DNA of 64,000 bases from Bacillales bacterium UBA4278 (GTDB lineage Bacteria > Bacillota_I > Bacilli_A > RFN20 > CAG-826): contig DGVS01000001.1 in NCBI GenBank assembly GCA_002395065.1, forward strand, positions 41,841 to 105,840, written 5' to 3'. Every line of letters starts with the position of its first letter. Positions within the stretch are counted from its first letter, which is position 1. Positions 41,690 to 51,205 of the stretch are shown in pieces. Below the pieces are notes generated by a model. That model was not told where the DNA came from and searched no databases. It was given only the letters and a program-made list of their open reading frames with translations. Position numbers and translations under genes: made by a program.

Positions 41690-41713
41690 TAGATATTTAT
41701 TTTCATTTAAAAT
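41685..41713 (+). promoter_or_regulatory. promoter of the TGS/uridine-kinase-like gene
   Basis: TTGAAT, 17-nt spacer, TAAAAT. SD AAGGAGG lies downstream. Confidence 0.55.
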
Positions 41714-41744
41714 AATTAGCGTGATTTTTTAAGGAGGAATCCCG

Positions 41745-43388
41745 ATGTCATTTACACTCAAATATTTTGACAAAGAGACATCTTTTAACTCAAAAGTAAA
41801 ACTACTCGACCTCATTGAAAACAATGATAAGTCCTACATCTGTGCTCGAGTCAACAACCGAGTGAGAGAACTCACATACGAAGTTTATTACGATGCAACA
41901 GTTGAATTTTTAACCGTTAAAGATAACGACGCAATTCCAACATATGAATCTTCGCTAAGATTCGTTCTTGCGATGGCAATTAATCGTGTCGACCCATCTT
42001 TAAAGGTTCGCTTCTGCTATAACGTTTCACGTTCCATTTTCGTTCAAATCCTTAACGAAGGTGTTAAAGCAACACCAGAACTCGTTGAACAAGTTGATGC
42101 AGAAATGAAAAAGATTATTGCTGCTGATTATCCACTCGAAAGAGGCGTTTACACCAAAGAGGAAGCAGCTCAAATCTACCGTGAACATCATCTTGATGAT
42201 AAGTTGGCTATTCTTCAATATCGTCCAGAGAAAACTGTTCACCTTTATAACTGTGACGGCTACATGAACTATATGTTTGCTCGTATGGTTCCATCCACTG
42301 GTTATCTTAAATCATACAAATTACGTCACTATGCACCAGGCATGATTGTTCAATATCCACGAAGTGAATGTGGAGGCGAAATTCCACCATTCGAAGATGC
42401 TCCAACATTTGGAAAGACTCTTAAAGAGTCTCACAACTGGGGAAAGATTGCTGGGGCTGATTCAGTTGCCGGTATTAATGAACACATTCACCGTGATGGC
42501 GTAATCGATTTCATTCAACTTTGTGAAGCCCGCCATAACAGAATGTTAACCACTCTTGGTAACATGATTGAAAAAGATATCGAAGACATTCGTTTAATTT
42601 GTATTGCTGGTCCATCCAGTTCTGGAAAGACAACTTTTGCAAATCGTTTAAGAGTGGAACTCTTATCAAGAGGAATTAAACCTATTCGTATTTCGATCGA
42701 TGACTACTATTTAACAAAAGCCGAAGCTCCAAAGGATGAGGATGGAAAACCAGATCTCGAGTCAATCGAAGCTCTTGATATTCCATTATTCAACCAAAAC
42801 ATGCTCGACTTAATTAATGGTAAAGAAGTCCAATTACCAAAATTTGATTTTAAACTTGGTAAACGTGTTCCGGGTCGCGTAATTAAAGTTGGTCCTACAG
42901 AACCAATCATTATTGAAGGTATCCATGCGTTAAATGATCGTATGACCACGCTCATTCCACGACACCAGAAATTCAAAATCTTCATTGCCCCACAAGCACA
43001 AATTAATCTTGATAACGTGAACCCAGTATCCATTACTGATCTCCGTTTACTCCGCAGATTAGTTCGTGACTATAAGTTCCGTGCCGCAAGTGCCGAAGAA
43101 ACATTCAGCATGTGGCCAAGTGTCCGTCGTGGAGAATTCAAATGGATTTATAACACCCAAGAAGGTGCTGATTATGTCTATAACTCCATGCTCTCATATG
43201 AACTTTGCGTGATGAAGAAATATGCGATGCCACTTCTTGAAGCAGTTGACCGTGAAGACAAATACTTCCCAGTTGCTGAAAGACTCATCCGCATGCTCAA
43301 ATACTTCGATGACATGCCAGATGAATGGGTCCCATGTAACTCACTGATTAGAGAGTTCATTGGTGGCTCTTGCTACGAAGGTGCATAA
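41745..43388 (+). CDS. long uridine/nucleoside kinase-family protein with a ThrRS-like N-terminal (TGS-type) extension
   Basis: P-loop GPSSSGKTT in the C-terminal PRK/uridine-kinase-like half. The roughly 270-aa N-terminal extension resembles the ThrRS N-terminal region. Confidence 0.65.
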   Translation: MSFTLKYFDKETSFNSKVKLLDLIENNDKSYICARVNNRVRELTYEVYYDATVEFLTVKDNDAIPTYESSLRFVLAMAINRVDPSLKVRFCYNVSRSIFVQILNEGVKATPELVEQVDAEMKKIIAADYPLERGVYTKEEAAQIYREHHLDDKLAILQYRPEKTVHLYNCDGYMNYMFARMVPSTGYLKSYKLRHYAPGMIVQYPRSECGGEIPPFEDAPTFGKTLKESHNWGKIAGADSVAGINEHIHRDGVIDFIQLCEARHNRMLTTLGNMIEKDIEDIRLICIAGPSSSGKTTFANRLRVELLSRGIKPIRISIDDYYLTKAEAPKDEDGKPDLESIEALDIPLFNQNMLDLINGKEVQLPKFDFKLGKRVPGRVIKVGPTEPIIIEGIHALNDRMTTLIPRHQKFKIFIAPQAQINLDNVNPVSITDLRLLRRLVRDYKFRAASAEETFSMWPSVRRGEFKWIYNTQEGADYVYNSMLSYELCVMKKYAMPLLEAVDREDKYFPVAERLIRMLKYFDDMPDEWVPCNSLIREFIGGSCYEGA

Positions 43389-43401
43389 TCAAGCAAAAAA
43401 C

Positions 43402-43432
43402 AAAAAGAACCAGGATTTGCTGGTTCTTTTTT
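43402..43432. terminator. bidirectional terminator hairpin, copy A of a 30-nt identical element
   Basis: AAAAA-GAACCAG-gatttg-CTGGTTC-TTTTTT. Its reverse complement is identical over 30 nt to 51816-51845. Confidence 0.8.
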
Positions 43433-44549
43433 ACTTTTGCGCAGTTTTTGAATAGGTTTTTGAGAAGCGTTTCTTTTCTTTGTCGTAGATGAAAAATAAA
43501 ATGGAATAATATGTTTTTTTCATTACCGCGTAACGTTCTGCCTCTTCTTTGGAAATGCGTGATAAATAGAAATCTGAGAAGATCTTTTCATAGCGGAAGA
43601 AGCACTCGTAAACTGTTAACAAAACAAGACGTAAATAATACTCGTCTCGAGAATAAATAAGAATTGGGGAGGAGTGAGAAATTTCAGAAGCCATCTCGTA
43701 AAGTTTGGAGTAGGCTGAAAGTTCGGCAAGACGCTCAACACCATCACGGAAATTGAATTTGAATTGCTTGTCTTCATTATAATCTGGAATAGCAGTCAAC
43801 CATCCATATTCAATAAACTTCTTCATGTCTTTACTCTTTAAATCGAGAGCTTTCATTTCTTCTTTAAGTACAGCGAAAATCTTATCGTTTTCCTCTTGGG
43901 ACTTTATTCCTCCACGGAAGGCAACACCATATTTAAGATGTTTTACGTAAGCATTTTGAACATGTGAACCATATTTATTTAAAAGATAAAGAATACATTC
44001 ATTTTCATGCAAAGTTCTCCACAAGGAGAAAGCTTCTGTTCCAAATCCATCAACAATAAGATCTAAGATGGATTTCATAATTGAGAAGCCTTTATGCATC
44101 ACATCCAAAACAAGGGTTTCATTCGGATTGTTTTTTGGGAAACGCGAAAGCATTCCAAGCATAAAGTTCAAATATAAATCAAGATTAGAAACAATTGGTG
44201 AGTACTTGGAAAGAAGACGAACATTTTTGTAGTTTAAGTGTTCGTTAGTAAAGTACTTGTCCACTGCTAACGAAATAATACTTTGTAGTGCTACTTCGTT
44301 ATCTTTAAGAGTCTTGCATTCCACTTGATGAGAATCTAGATAGAAGCCAAATTCATTAATTAAATAAAGCAACAGAGGTAGTGAACTAACTGGAACAACC
44401 TTACCAAAAAGGTTTGATTGGCTTAATTCAATCGCACCCTCATAAGCAACTTCATATGCTTCAAAAACAACTTCTGGATCAATAGCTGGATTGACTTGGA
44501 GTTGATTATATAGATTTAGAAATTGCTCGTGATTTAAAATGTTTTTCAT
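43431..44549 (-). CDS. hypothetical all-alpha protein, no confident family assignment
   Basis: 372 aa with no TM, no signal peptide and no catalytic motif that I recognise. Its start lies 2 nt after the glpK stop. Confidence 0.5.
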   Translation of the reverse strand: MKNILNHEQFLNLYNQLQVNPAIDPEVVFEAYEVAYEGAIELSQSNLFGKVVPVSSLPLLLYLINEFGFYLDSHQVECKTLKDNEVALQSIISLAVDKYFTNEHLNYKNVRLLSKYSPIVSNLDLYLNFMLGMLSRFPKNNPNETLVLDVMHKGFSIMKSILDLIVDGFGTEAFSLWRTLHENECILYLLNKYGSHVQNAYVKHLKYGVAFRGGIKSQEENDKIFAVLKEEMKALDLKSKDMKKFIEYGWLTAIPDYNEDKQFKFNFRDGVERLAELSAYSKLYEMASEISHSSPILIYSRDEYYLRLVLLTVYECFFRYEKIFSDFYLSRISKEEAERYAVMKKTYYSILFFIYDKEKKRFSKTYSKTAQK

Positions 44550-44551
44550 TG

Positions 44552-46030
44552 TTAATTTTTAAATTTCATCGCACATTTGACGGCGTTTTCCCATCCTTTG
44601 TAGAGTTTTTTCGCTTCTGCTTGATTCATCTTTGGATGATAGTTTTTAGCAATTGTGTGAGCATTACTAATCTCATCTAAAGAAGAGAAGAACCCTGAAC
44701 CAAGCCCTGCCATAAACGCAGCACCAATTGCCGTTGATTCCAAACAAGTTGGCTTAGAAACAGGGATGTTTAAAATATCGCTTTGGAATTGAAGCATGAT
44801 GTCAGAATTTGTAACACCACCATCAACATATAGACGATTGATTTTGATATTTGACTCTTCTTCCATCACAGAGAAAACATCTTTACATTGGAAAGCGATT
44901 GCTTGAAGTGTTGCTAGAGCAATATGATCCAAGTTTGTTCCAGCACTCATTCCAAAGAATGCACCGCGAACATCATCATCCCAATATGGAGTACCAAGTC
45001 CAACGAATGCTGGAACAAAATAGACTCCACCAGTATTAGGAACTCGCTGCGCCATAATGTTGATGTCATTTGAATGGCGGATAATATGCCAGCTATCACG
45101 TAACCATTTAATCGCCGATCCGCAAACAAAGACGCTTCCTTCTAAGGCGTAAGAAACCTTGCCGGAGATATCCCAAGCAATTGTTGTTAATAAACCTTTC
45201 TTTGAAAGAACTGGCTTTTCACCAATATTCATTAACATGAAACAGCCTGTTCCATATGTTGATTTTGACATTCCTGCTTCGAAACAGTTTTGTCCGAATA
45301 AGGCGGATTGTTGGTCACCGATAACACCAGTGATTGGTGTATCTTTATCAAGAAGAGAAATCGCTCCAAAATTAGCATCGCATGACTTAACTTCTGGAAG
45401 CATACTCTTTGGAATATTGAAAAGTTTTAATAATTCATCATCCCATTCTTTAGTGTTAATGTTAAACAGCATTGTACGGGATGCGTTCGTAATATCAGTA
45501 GCATGTACCTCACCTTTTGTTAATTTATAAATTAACCAGGAATCAACAGTACCAAACATCAGTTCACCAGATTCTGCCCTTTCTTGACCTCTTGGTAAAT
45601 GGTCTAAAATGTAGCGAATCTTCGAAGCAGAGAAGTAAGGGTTAATGATTAATCCTGTCTTTTGATGAATTAATTCTTCGTGTTTCATCAATCGATCACA
45701 GATCGATTGTGATTGACGAGATTGCCACACAATTGCTTTCGATACTGGTAAACCAGTAACTTTCGACCAAACAATTGTTGTTTCACGTTGGTTAGTAATA
45801 CCAACGCACGCAATACTTTCCCAGCTAACATTAGCTTTGCTTAAAGCAGTTTCAATGACTTCCACCACTCCAGCAAAGAGCTCGTTAGCATCACATTCAA
45901 CGTAACCTGACTTTGGATATTCGACTGGAAGTTCTTTTTGAGCAAACGAAACGGTTAAGCCACCTTTATTAAAAAGGATGGCTCGAGAAGAGGTTGTTCC
46001 TTGGTCTACAACAAGAATATATTTATTCAT
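44552..46030 (-). CDS. glpK: glycerol kinase
   Basis: N-terminus YILVVDQGTTSSRAILF and FGGY-family motifs, 492 aa. Confidence 0.95.
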   Translation of the reverse strand: MNKYILVVDQGTTSSRAILFNKGGLTVSFAQKELPVEYPKSGYVECDANELFAGVVEVIETALSKANVSWESIACVGITNQRETTIVWSKVTGLPVSKAIVWQSRQSQSICDRLMKHEELIHQKTGLIINPYFSASKIRYILDHLPRGQERAESGELMFGTVDSWLIYKLTKGEVHATDITNASRTMLFNINTKEWDDELLKLFNIPKSMLPEVKSCDANFGAISLLDKDTPITGVIGDQQSALFGQNCFEAGMSKSTYGTGCFMLMNIGEKPVLSKKGLLTTIAWDISGKVSYALEGSVFVCGSAIKWLRDSWHIIRHSNDINIMAQRVPNTGGVYFVPAFVGLGTPYWDDDVRGAFFGMSAGTNLDHIALATLQAIAFQCKDVFSVMEEESNIKINRLYVDGGVTNSDIMLQFQSDILNIPVSKPTCLESTAIGAAFMAGLGSGFFSSLDEISNAHTIAKNYHPKMNQAEAKKLYKGWENAVKCAMKFKN

Positions 46031-47288
46031 GATGAGTCCTCAATAATTTTTCAATATCGTTAACTTCTTTAATCACGTCTTTTGATAAAACTTCTCGTCC
46101 GCTTTCAGTGACTAAAACATCATCTTCAATACGAATTCCGATTCCGTGTTCAGCAAAATATAAACCTGGTTCACATGTCACGACATTACCTGCAACAAGT
46201 GGACTTGTGCGGTCATTCCCATCATGCGTGTCTAAACCAAGATGATGCGAAACACTATGGTAATAGACTCTAGAAATTTCATCTTTAGAAGAAATCAATC
46301 CTTTTGCAACACATTCTTCGGCTAAAAAGTTCTTCGCAAAATCGTTCATTTCAGTAAGAGTAATACCTGGACGAATAAAATTGATTGTTGCTTTGTTGCA
46401 CTCCAAAACAATCTCATAAATCTTTCTTTGAAGTTCATTAAACTTTCCACTAATTGGGAAAGTGCGAGAAATATCGGCCGAATAATGAGATTTAGCTGCG
46501 CCAAGATCAAAGAGAACTAAATCTCCATCTTGAAGCATATCTTTGGCTTCTGGATAGTGAAGAATGACACCGTTTTTGCCCGATGCAATAATGGTTGCAA
46601 AGCCAAGTGTGGTTCCGTATTCTTCCATAATGGAATATTCAAAAGCATTACGCAAATTATATTCGTAACGACCTGGTTTCATTGCCGCTAAAGCATTGCG
46701 AATTCCGAGATCGGTTGTTTCAATTGCTTCCTTAATACAGGCGACTTCTGCAGGTGATTTTACCATTCGTTCAGCAAGTACTAATTCATTCAAATCTTGG
46801 ACTTTTGCATGGTATTTATTTTCTAATTCTTCACTAAAATGAATTGTTGAAACACATTCACCAATCTTTAGTTCTTTTTCAAGATCTAAATAAACGTGTT
46901 CAATCTCACCAAAGTGAGACATATCGTGAGAAAAGATTGCATCAATTTTTCCTTCAAATGTCGAACGGAGTAAAACTGTTTCAATACCAGAAATTTCTCT
47001 TGCTTCTTCAACAGTCATTTTAATGCCTGTCCATTTTTCAACCTTTTCATTTTTTTCATCAATAAAAAGATATTCAGAAACTTCTCCGTCACATTTTACT
47101 AACAAAAGAACAGAATTTTCTTGTTCAATGCCGGTAAGGTAAAAGAAGTTACGATTCACATCAAATGGGAAAAATGCATCTCCACTTTTCTTTCTGGCTT
47201 GACCAGCAAAAAGAACGGCGATGGAATTATTTTCCAACATTGTTAAAAGTTTATTTCGTCTATTTGAATATTCGTTTGCGTCGATCAT
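46023..47288 (-). CDS. pepP: Xaa-Pro aminopeptidase (M24B)
   Basis: Creatinase-like N-terminal domain, with DLGA..YSADISRT, HSVSHHLGLDTHD and EPG...IRIED metal ligands. Confidence 0.85.
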   Translation of the reverse strand: MIDANEYSNRRNKLLTMLENNSIAVLFAGQARKKSGDAFFPFDVNRNFFYLTGIEQENSVLLLVKCDGEVSEYLFIDEKNEKVEKWTGIKMTVEEAREISGIETVLLRSTFEGKIDAIFSHDMSHFGEIEHVYLDLEKELKIGECVSTIHFSEELENKYHAKVQDLNELVLAERMVKSPAEVACIKEAIETTDLGIRNALAAMKPGRYEYNLRNAFEYSIMEEYGTTLGFATIIASGKNGVILHYPEAKDMLQDGDLVLFDLGAAKSHYSADISRTFPISGKFNELQRKIYEIVLECNKATINFIRPGITLTEMNDFAKNFLAEECVAKGLISSKDEISRVYYHSVSHHLGLDTHDGNDRTSPLVAGNVVTCEPGLYFAEHGIGIRIEDDVLVTESGREVLSKDVIKEVNDIEKLLRTHHE

Positions 47289-47300
47289 TTTTCTACCTTC

Positions 47301-47894
47301 TTATCTTTGATAAATCGTTTTGGTTCCAACAACCTCTAAATGAGCATGTGGAAATTGGTTAACAAGTTCTTCTCCAAATTCCTCTGGAGCCAAAACATCA
47401 ACTTTAATTGTATCTTCATATGCTACATTTTCCAATGAAAATGAATTCATTTTGGCGAGATGTTTTAATTCCTCAAATTGAGAATAACTTAATTCTAAAC
47501 GATAAATATAGACTTGATGAATATTCAACAAGTCTGCGCTTTCGACAACTTGGACACCGGCTTCCAGATATGTTGACATCAAGCGTGATGCACCAAGAAG
47601 AACTCCACCAAAATATCGCACAACCACCAGCAAAACCTCATCCATCTCCTTTTTTTCAAGAAGATTCATTAAAGGTCTTCCGGCGGTTTTTGCAGGTTCA
47701 CCATCGTCACTACATTTTTTCTGTCCGTGAATGGAGTAAGCATAACAATAATGTTTTGCTTTCGGATATTGCTTCTTAATCTCTGATAAGTATGTTTTAA
47801 CTTCGCTTACATCTTTGACATGTAAAAGAATTCCGATAAATGATGATCGGTCACGAATTAAAGTAATTTCTCGACGCTCTAAGATTGTTACCAT
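47301..47894 (-). CDS. yigZ: IMPACT/YigZ-family protein
   Basis: ..CYAYS...SDDGEPAKTAGRP....VVVRYFGGVLLGA.. matches the UPF0029 signature. Confidence 0.8.
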   Translation of the reverse strand: MVTILERREITLIRDRSSFIGILLHVKDVSEVKTYLSEIKKQYPKAKHYCYAYSIHGQKKCSDDGEPAKTAGRPLMNLLEKKEMDEVLLVVVRYFGGVLLGASRLMSTYLEAGVQVVESADLLNIHQVYIYRLELSYSQFEELKHLAKMNSFSLENVAYEDTIKVDVLAPEEFGEELVNQFPHAHLEVVGTKTIYQR

Positions 47895-47942
47895 GCGATT
47901 TATTATACATTTTTATTAATAAATTGTATAATCAACTTACTT
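47895..47942. promoter_or_regulatory. back-to-back divergent -10 boxes (yigZ operon on minus strand, CPBP gene on plus strand)
   Basis: Minus strand: TGTATAAT (47909..47902), then aaatcgc (7 nt), then ATG 47894. Plus strand: TGTATAAT (47925-47932), then 10 nt, then ATG 47943. Neither has an SD. Confidence 0.55.
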
Positions 47943-48758
47943 ATGTTGAAGAAGTGTCCATATTGTGAAAAGGAATATCCAGAGGTCAGTCGCTACTGTC
48001 CGTATTGTGGTTCTCCAAATCCAAGTTATAAGCCAAAAGAAGAAAAGATGATGAACTACAAACGTCAACTACTTTTGTTTGGCGTTGGTTTCATTGGTTT
48101 CCAAGTTATTGGCACGCTAATCGAGCTTATTTTCTTGTTGATTGGAAGATCACAATTTGGATCGGATAATGCTGCAATTTCCGCTTATCTACAAAGTGCT
48201 CCAGTTTCAATGTTTGTTAACTCGATTGCATACTGCTTAGTCTTTTGTATTTTGCTATTTATAGCAAAGCCATCCATTTCTAATATATTTAAATCATTTA
48301 AAAACAAGAAGGCTTACCTTGGGTCTTTATTAGCGTTTGTGATTATTTATTCATTCACAATTTTTTATTCAATTTTTATTCAACTTGTTGGGCCGAAAGT
48401 AACCGACAACAACAATCAAGAAGCACTTACATCGATCGTTAAGGTTTATCCACTCATATCGTTAGTGGTTTTTGGTATTATTGGACCAATTTGTGAAGAA
48501 TTAACCTATCGTGTAGGATTCTTTGATTTCTTTAAAAGAAAAAATAAAATCGTTGCTTATATCGCAACAATCGTTATCTTTACGTTAATTCATTTTGATT
48601 TTGCAGCATCAAATATAGTGAATGAATTATTAAATATTCCTTATTATGCAGCTGCAGCTTTTGCATTCACATTTGTTTATGATAAGTTCGGCTTTGCTGC
48701 AAGCGTTACTGCTCACATTGCCAATAACTTATTCTCCATCATTGCATCACTAATTTAA
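47943..48758 (+). CDS. zinc-ribbon + CPBP (CAAX/Abi-type) intramembrane protease-family protein
   Basis: CPYC..x13..CPYCG ribbon. CPBP motifs CEELTYR, FTLIHF and HIANN. Confidence 0.8.
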   Translation: MLKKCPYCEKEYPEVSRYCPYCGSPNPSYKPKEEKMMNYKRQLLLFGVGFIGFQVIGTLIELIFLLIGRSQFGSDNAAISAYLQSAPVSMFVNSIAYCLVFCILLFIAKPSISNIFKSFKNKKAYLGSLLAFVIIYSFTIFYSIFIQLVGPKVTDNNNQEALTSIVKVYPLISLVVFGIIGPICEELTYRVGFFDFFKRKNKIVAYIATIVIFTLIHFDFAASNIVNELLNIPYYAAAAFAFTFVYDKFGFAASVTAHIANNLFSIIASLI

Positions 48759-48759
48759 T

Positions 48760-49611
48760 ATGGCACAAAAGTTTCGTTATCACATTTTATCGTCTTTCTG
48801 GATTAAGGTAATTGCCTTATTTTTGATGACACTAGATCATGTTGCAAAATTCATGTATTTTAACGAAATATCACCGCAAATCGCCAATATTTTAGAAATT
48901 TTCGGACGTCTCGGATTTCCGCTTTTTATTCTTCTTTTGGTTGAAGGTGTAAGGCACACATCTAACTTTGGAAAATATGCATTAAGACTGGGAATTTTGG
49001 CTGCTGTAATTCTTGTTGGACAGATTGTTATTCACCATGGATTCATGGATATTTATGGTTTCTATTCTCCGATTATCGATCTTCTCTTGTGCGCGGTGAT
49101 TTTGTATCTACTAAAACAAAACAACCGTAAATCATTCTGGGCGATTATTCCAATTGCTTACATTATTCTTTCATTTATTGTGATGTCGATTGAAGACCAA
49201 CGAGGAATTGAAATTTGGTGGTTCCCATTCTATTTAAGAAGCGGATACAACATTTTTGCTTTACTCCTCTCTCTTGGCTTCTTCTATTCCTATCCAATTG
49301 CTAAAGCAATGCTTAAAAACTTTGGAAATGCTGCAGAAAATTTAGAAGGGACACCATACGAAAGATTGCTTGTAAACACTTTAATGTGTTTTGCACTTTT
49401 GCTAGCCGTTGTTCTAGTTTATTTAATCGGTTTACTTCCAGGAGGAGACATTTACAACATTGCTCATGAAGCTTATGCTATGTGCGCAGTAATATTTATC
49501 TTTTTCTATAGTGGAGAACTCGGTTACAATAAGAAGTGGTTTAAGTATGGCGCTTACGCCTACTTCCCACTTCATATTATTATTATTTTCTTAGTCTTTT
49601 TATTCATTTAG
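48760..49611 (+). CDS. TraX-family membrane protein
   Basis: ..IKVIALFLMTLDHVAKF.. motif, polytopic, 283 aa. Confidence 0.65.
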   Translation: MAQKFRYHILSSFWIKVIALFLMTLDHVAKFMYFNEISPQIANILEIFGRLGFPLFILLLVEGVRHTSNFGKYALRLGILAAVILVGQIVIHHGFMDIYGFYSPIIDLLLCAVILYLLKQNNRKSFWAIIPIAYIILSFIVMSIEDQRGIEIWWFPFYLRSGYNIFALLLSLGFFYSYPIAKAMLKNFGNAAENLEGTPYERLLVNTLMCFALLLAVVLVYLIGLLPGGDIYNIAHEAYAMCAVIFIFFYSGELGYNKKWFKYGAYAYFPLHIIIIFLVFLFI

Positions 49612-49622
49612 GAGGTTCACTT

Positions 49623-49922
49623 ATGATTAAACATTTAGAAAAAGAAGCTGATTTTTCTAAAGAAATTGCTTCTGGAAAAGTCCTAGTCGATTTTTATGCT
49701 GATTGGTGCGGACCATGCCAAATGCTTTCACCAGTCATCGAACAACTCGATAAAGAAATGGAAATTAAAGTCATTAAGATTGACGTTGATTCTCTTCCAG
49801 GCATTGCTCGTGAGTTTCGCGTGATGGCTATTCCAACACTTCTTCTCTTTGAGAACGGCAAAATGGTTAAACGTGAAACAGCGTATATGCCAATCGAACA
49901 TTTACGCCGATTTGTTTCTTAA
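49623..49922 (+). CDS. trxA: thioredoxin
   Basis: WCGPC active site, 99 aa, SD AGGAGG. Confidence 0.95.
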   Translation: MIKHLEKEADFSKEIASGKVLVDFYADWCGPCQMLSPVIEQLDKEMEIKVIKIDVDSLPGIAREFRVMAIPTLLLFENGKMVKRETAYMPIEHLRRFVS

Positions 49923-49975
49923 AAATTATTCTTTTCAATACGAATAAGATGTGATAACATTTATCTCGCACTGAA

Positions 49976-50051
49976 GGACCGTTGGTATATCGGTTTATTA
50001 TGCCTCCCTGTCACGGAGGCGAGAGGGGTTCGACTCCCCTACGGTCCGCCA
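49976..50051 (+). tRNA. tRNA-Asp (GTC)
   Basis: Acceptor stem GGACCGT/ACGGTCC, anticodon loop CTGTCAC, T-arm AGGGG-TTCGACT-CCCCT, encoded CCA. Confidence 0.85.
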
Positions 50052-50058
50052 GAACAGT

Positions 50059-50132
50059 GCAGATGTAGTTCAGTGGTAGAACATCAGCCTTCCAAGCTGA
50101 TTATGCGGGTTCGATTCCCGTCATCTGCTCCA
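50059..50132 (+). tRNA. tRNA-Gly (TCC)
   Basis: Acceptor stem GCAGATG/CATCTGC, D-arm GTTCAGTGGTAGAAC, anticodon loop CTTCCAA, encoded CCA. Confidence 0.9.
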
Positions 50133-50149
50133 ATTGACAATGTTATATG

Positions 50150-50173
50150 GTTTCGAGAGATCGAAACTTTTTT
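50150..50173 (+). terminator. terminator after the tRNA pair
   Basis: GTTTCGA-gaga-TCGAAAC followed by TTTTTT. Confidence 0.75.
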
Positions 50174-50250
50174 ATTTTAAAAGAAAGGCGAAAAATAAAA
50201 TTAATACTAATTTTTTGTGATATGATTAATTTGAAATTGGAGAAAAGAAT

Positions 50251-50577
50251 ATGAAATATTGTCCACATTGCGGCACCGAGATAGCCGAAGATGCTCGTTT
50301 CTGTCCAAGCTGCGGTTGCCCAGTTAACACAGGAAATCTACCAGCAAATAGAGCTGAAGAACCTGTTATTCGTACAGTCGCGAAAGTCTTTATGATTATT
50401 TCCACTGTGTTTTGGGGATTGGCGATTATTCCACTTTGCTGGATGATTCCAATGACTGTTCACTACTTTAATGTCACCGAAAGAGGTGAAAAAGCTACTG
50501 CTACTTTTGCTGTTTGTACGCTGCTATTTTGTAGTGTAATTTCCGGTATCTTAATGCTAGTTGATGATGATCGATAA
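50251..50577 (+). CDS. zinc-ribbon + two-TM small membrane protein
   Basis: CPHCG..x11..CPSCG ribbon followed by two hydrophobic helices, 108 aa. Confidence 0.6.
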   Translation: MKYCPHCGTEIAEDARFCPSCGCPVNTGNLPANRAEEPVIRTVAKVFMIISTVFWGLAIIPLCWMIPMTVHYFNVTERGEKATATFAVCTLLFCSVISGILMLVDDDR

Positions 50578-50578
50578 A

Positions 50579-51172
50579 ATGTTTGATTTATTAGTTGCGA
50601 CAAATAACGCCCATAAGATTCATGAGTATGAAGAAATGTTTTCTCCATACGGAATTAAAGTTCATTCTCCAAAGGAACTTGGTATTCATGTTGATCCAGA
50701 TGAAAGCGGAACAACTTTTGAAGCAAATTCGTTGATAAAAGCTAAAGCTTTACAAGAATTCACAAAGATGCCTTTAATCGCCGATGATTCTGGATTATGT
50801 GTGAATGCATTAAATGGATTTCCAGGATTGCATACTGCGCGTTTTGCTTCGGAAAATGGCGGCAATGCGATAGCTAATCTAAAATTAATTGAGATGTTAA
50901 AAGACCACGAAGATAAATCCGCAAACTTTGTTTGTGTGATTACTCTTTTAAATGTTGAAGATCAACCAGTTGTCTTTAAGGGCGTTTGCCCTGGAAAGAT
51001 TCTTCCTGAACCTGAAGGAGAGCATGGATTTGGTTATGATCCGATCTTTTATAGTAATGAAGCGAAGATTTGTTTCGGAATAGCTCCCGAAGAAGTCAAA
51101 AACACTTATTCGCACCGCGCATTAGCGCTCAAGCAACTCCTTGCTTATTTAAAAAAGAAAGAATTAATTTAA
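50579..51172 (+). CDS. rdgB: non-canonical purine NTP pyrophosphatase (RdgB/HAM1)
   Basis: LLVATNNAHKIHE.., DDSGL.. and FGYDPIF motifs. Start MFDLL at 50579, directly after the upstream stop. Confidence 0.9.
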   Translation: MFDLLVATNNAHKIHEYEEMFSPYGIKVHSPKELGIHVDPDESGTTFEANSLIKAKALQEFTKMPLIADDSGLCVNALNGFPGLHTARFASENGGNAIANLKLIEMLKDHEDKSANFVCVITLLNVEDQPVVFKGVCPGKILPEPEGEHGFGYDPIFYSNEAKICFGIAPEEVKNTYSHRALALKQLLAYLKKKELI

Positions 51173-51205
51173 TATTTATTAATCTTTGATATAATACATA
51201 TCGCT

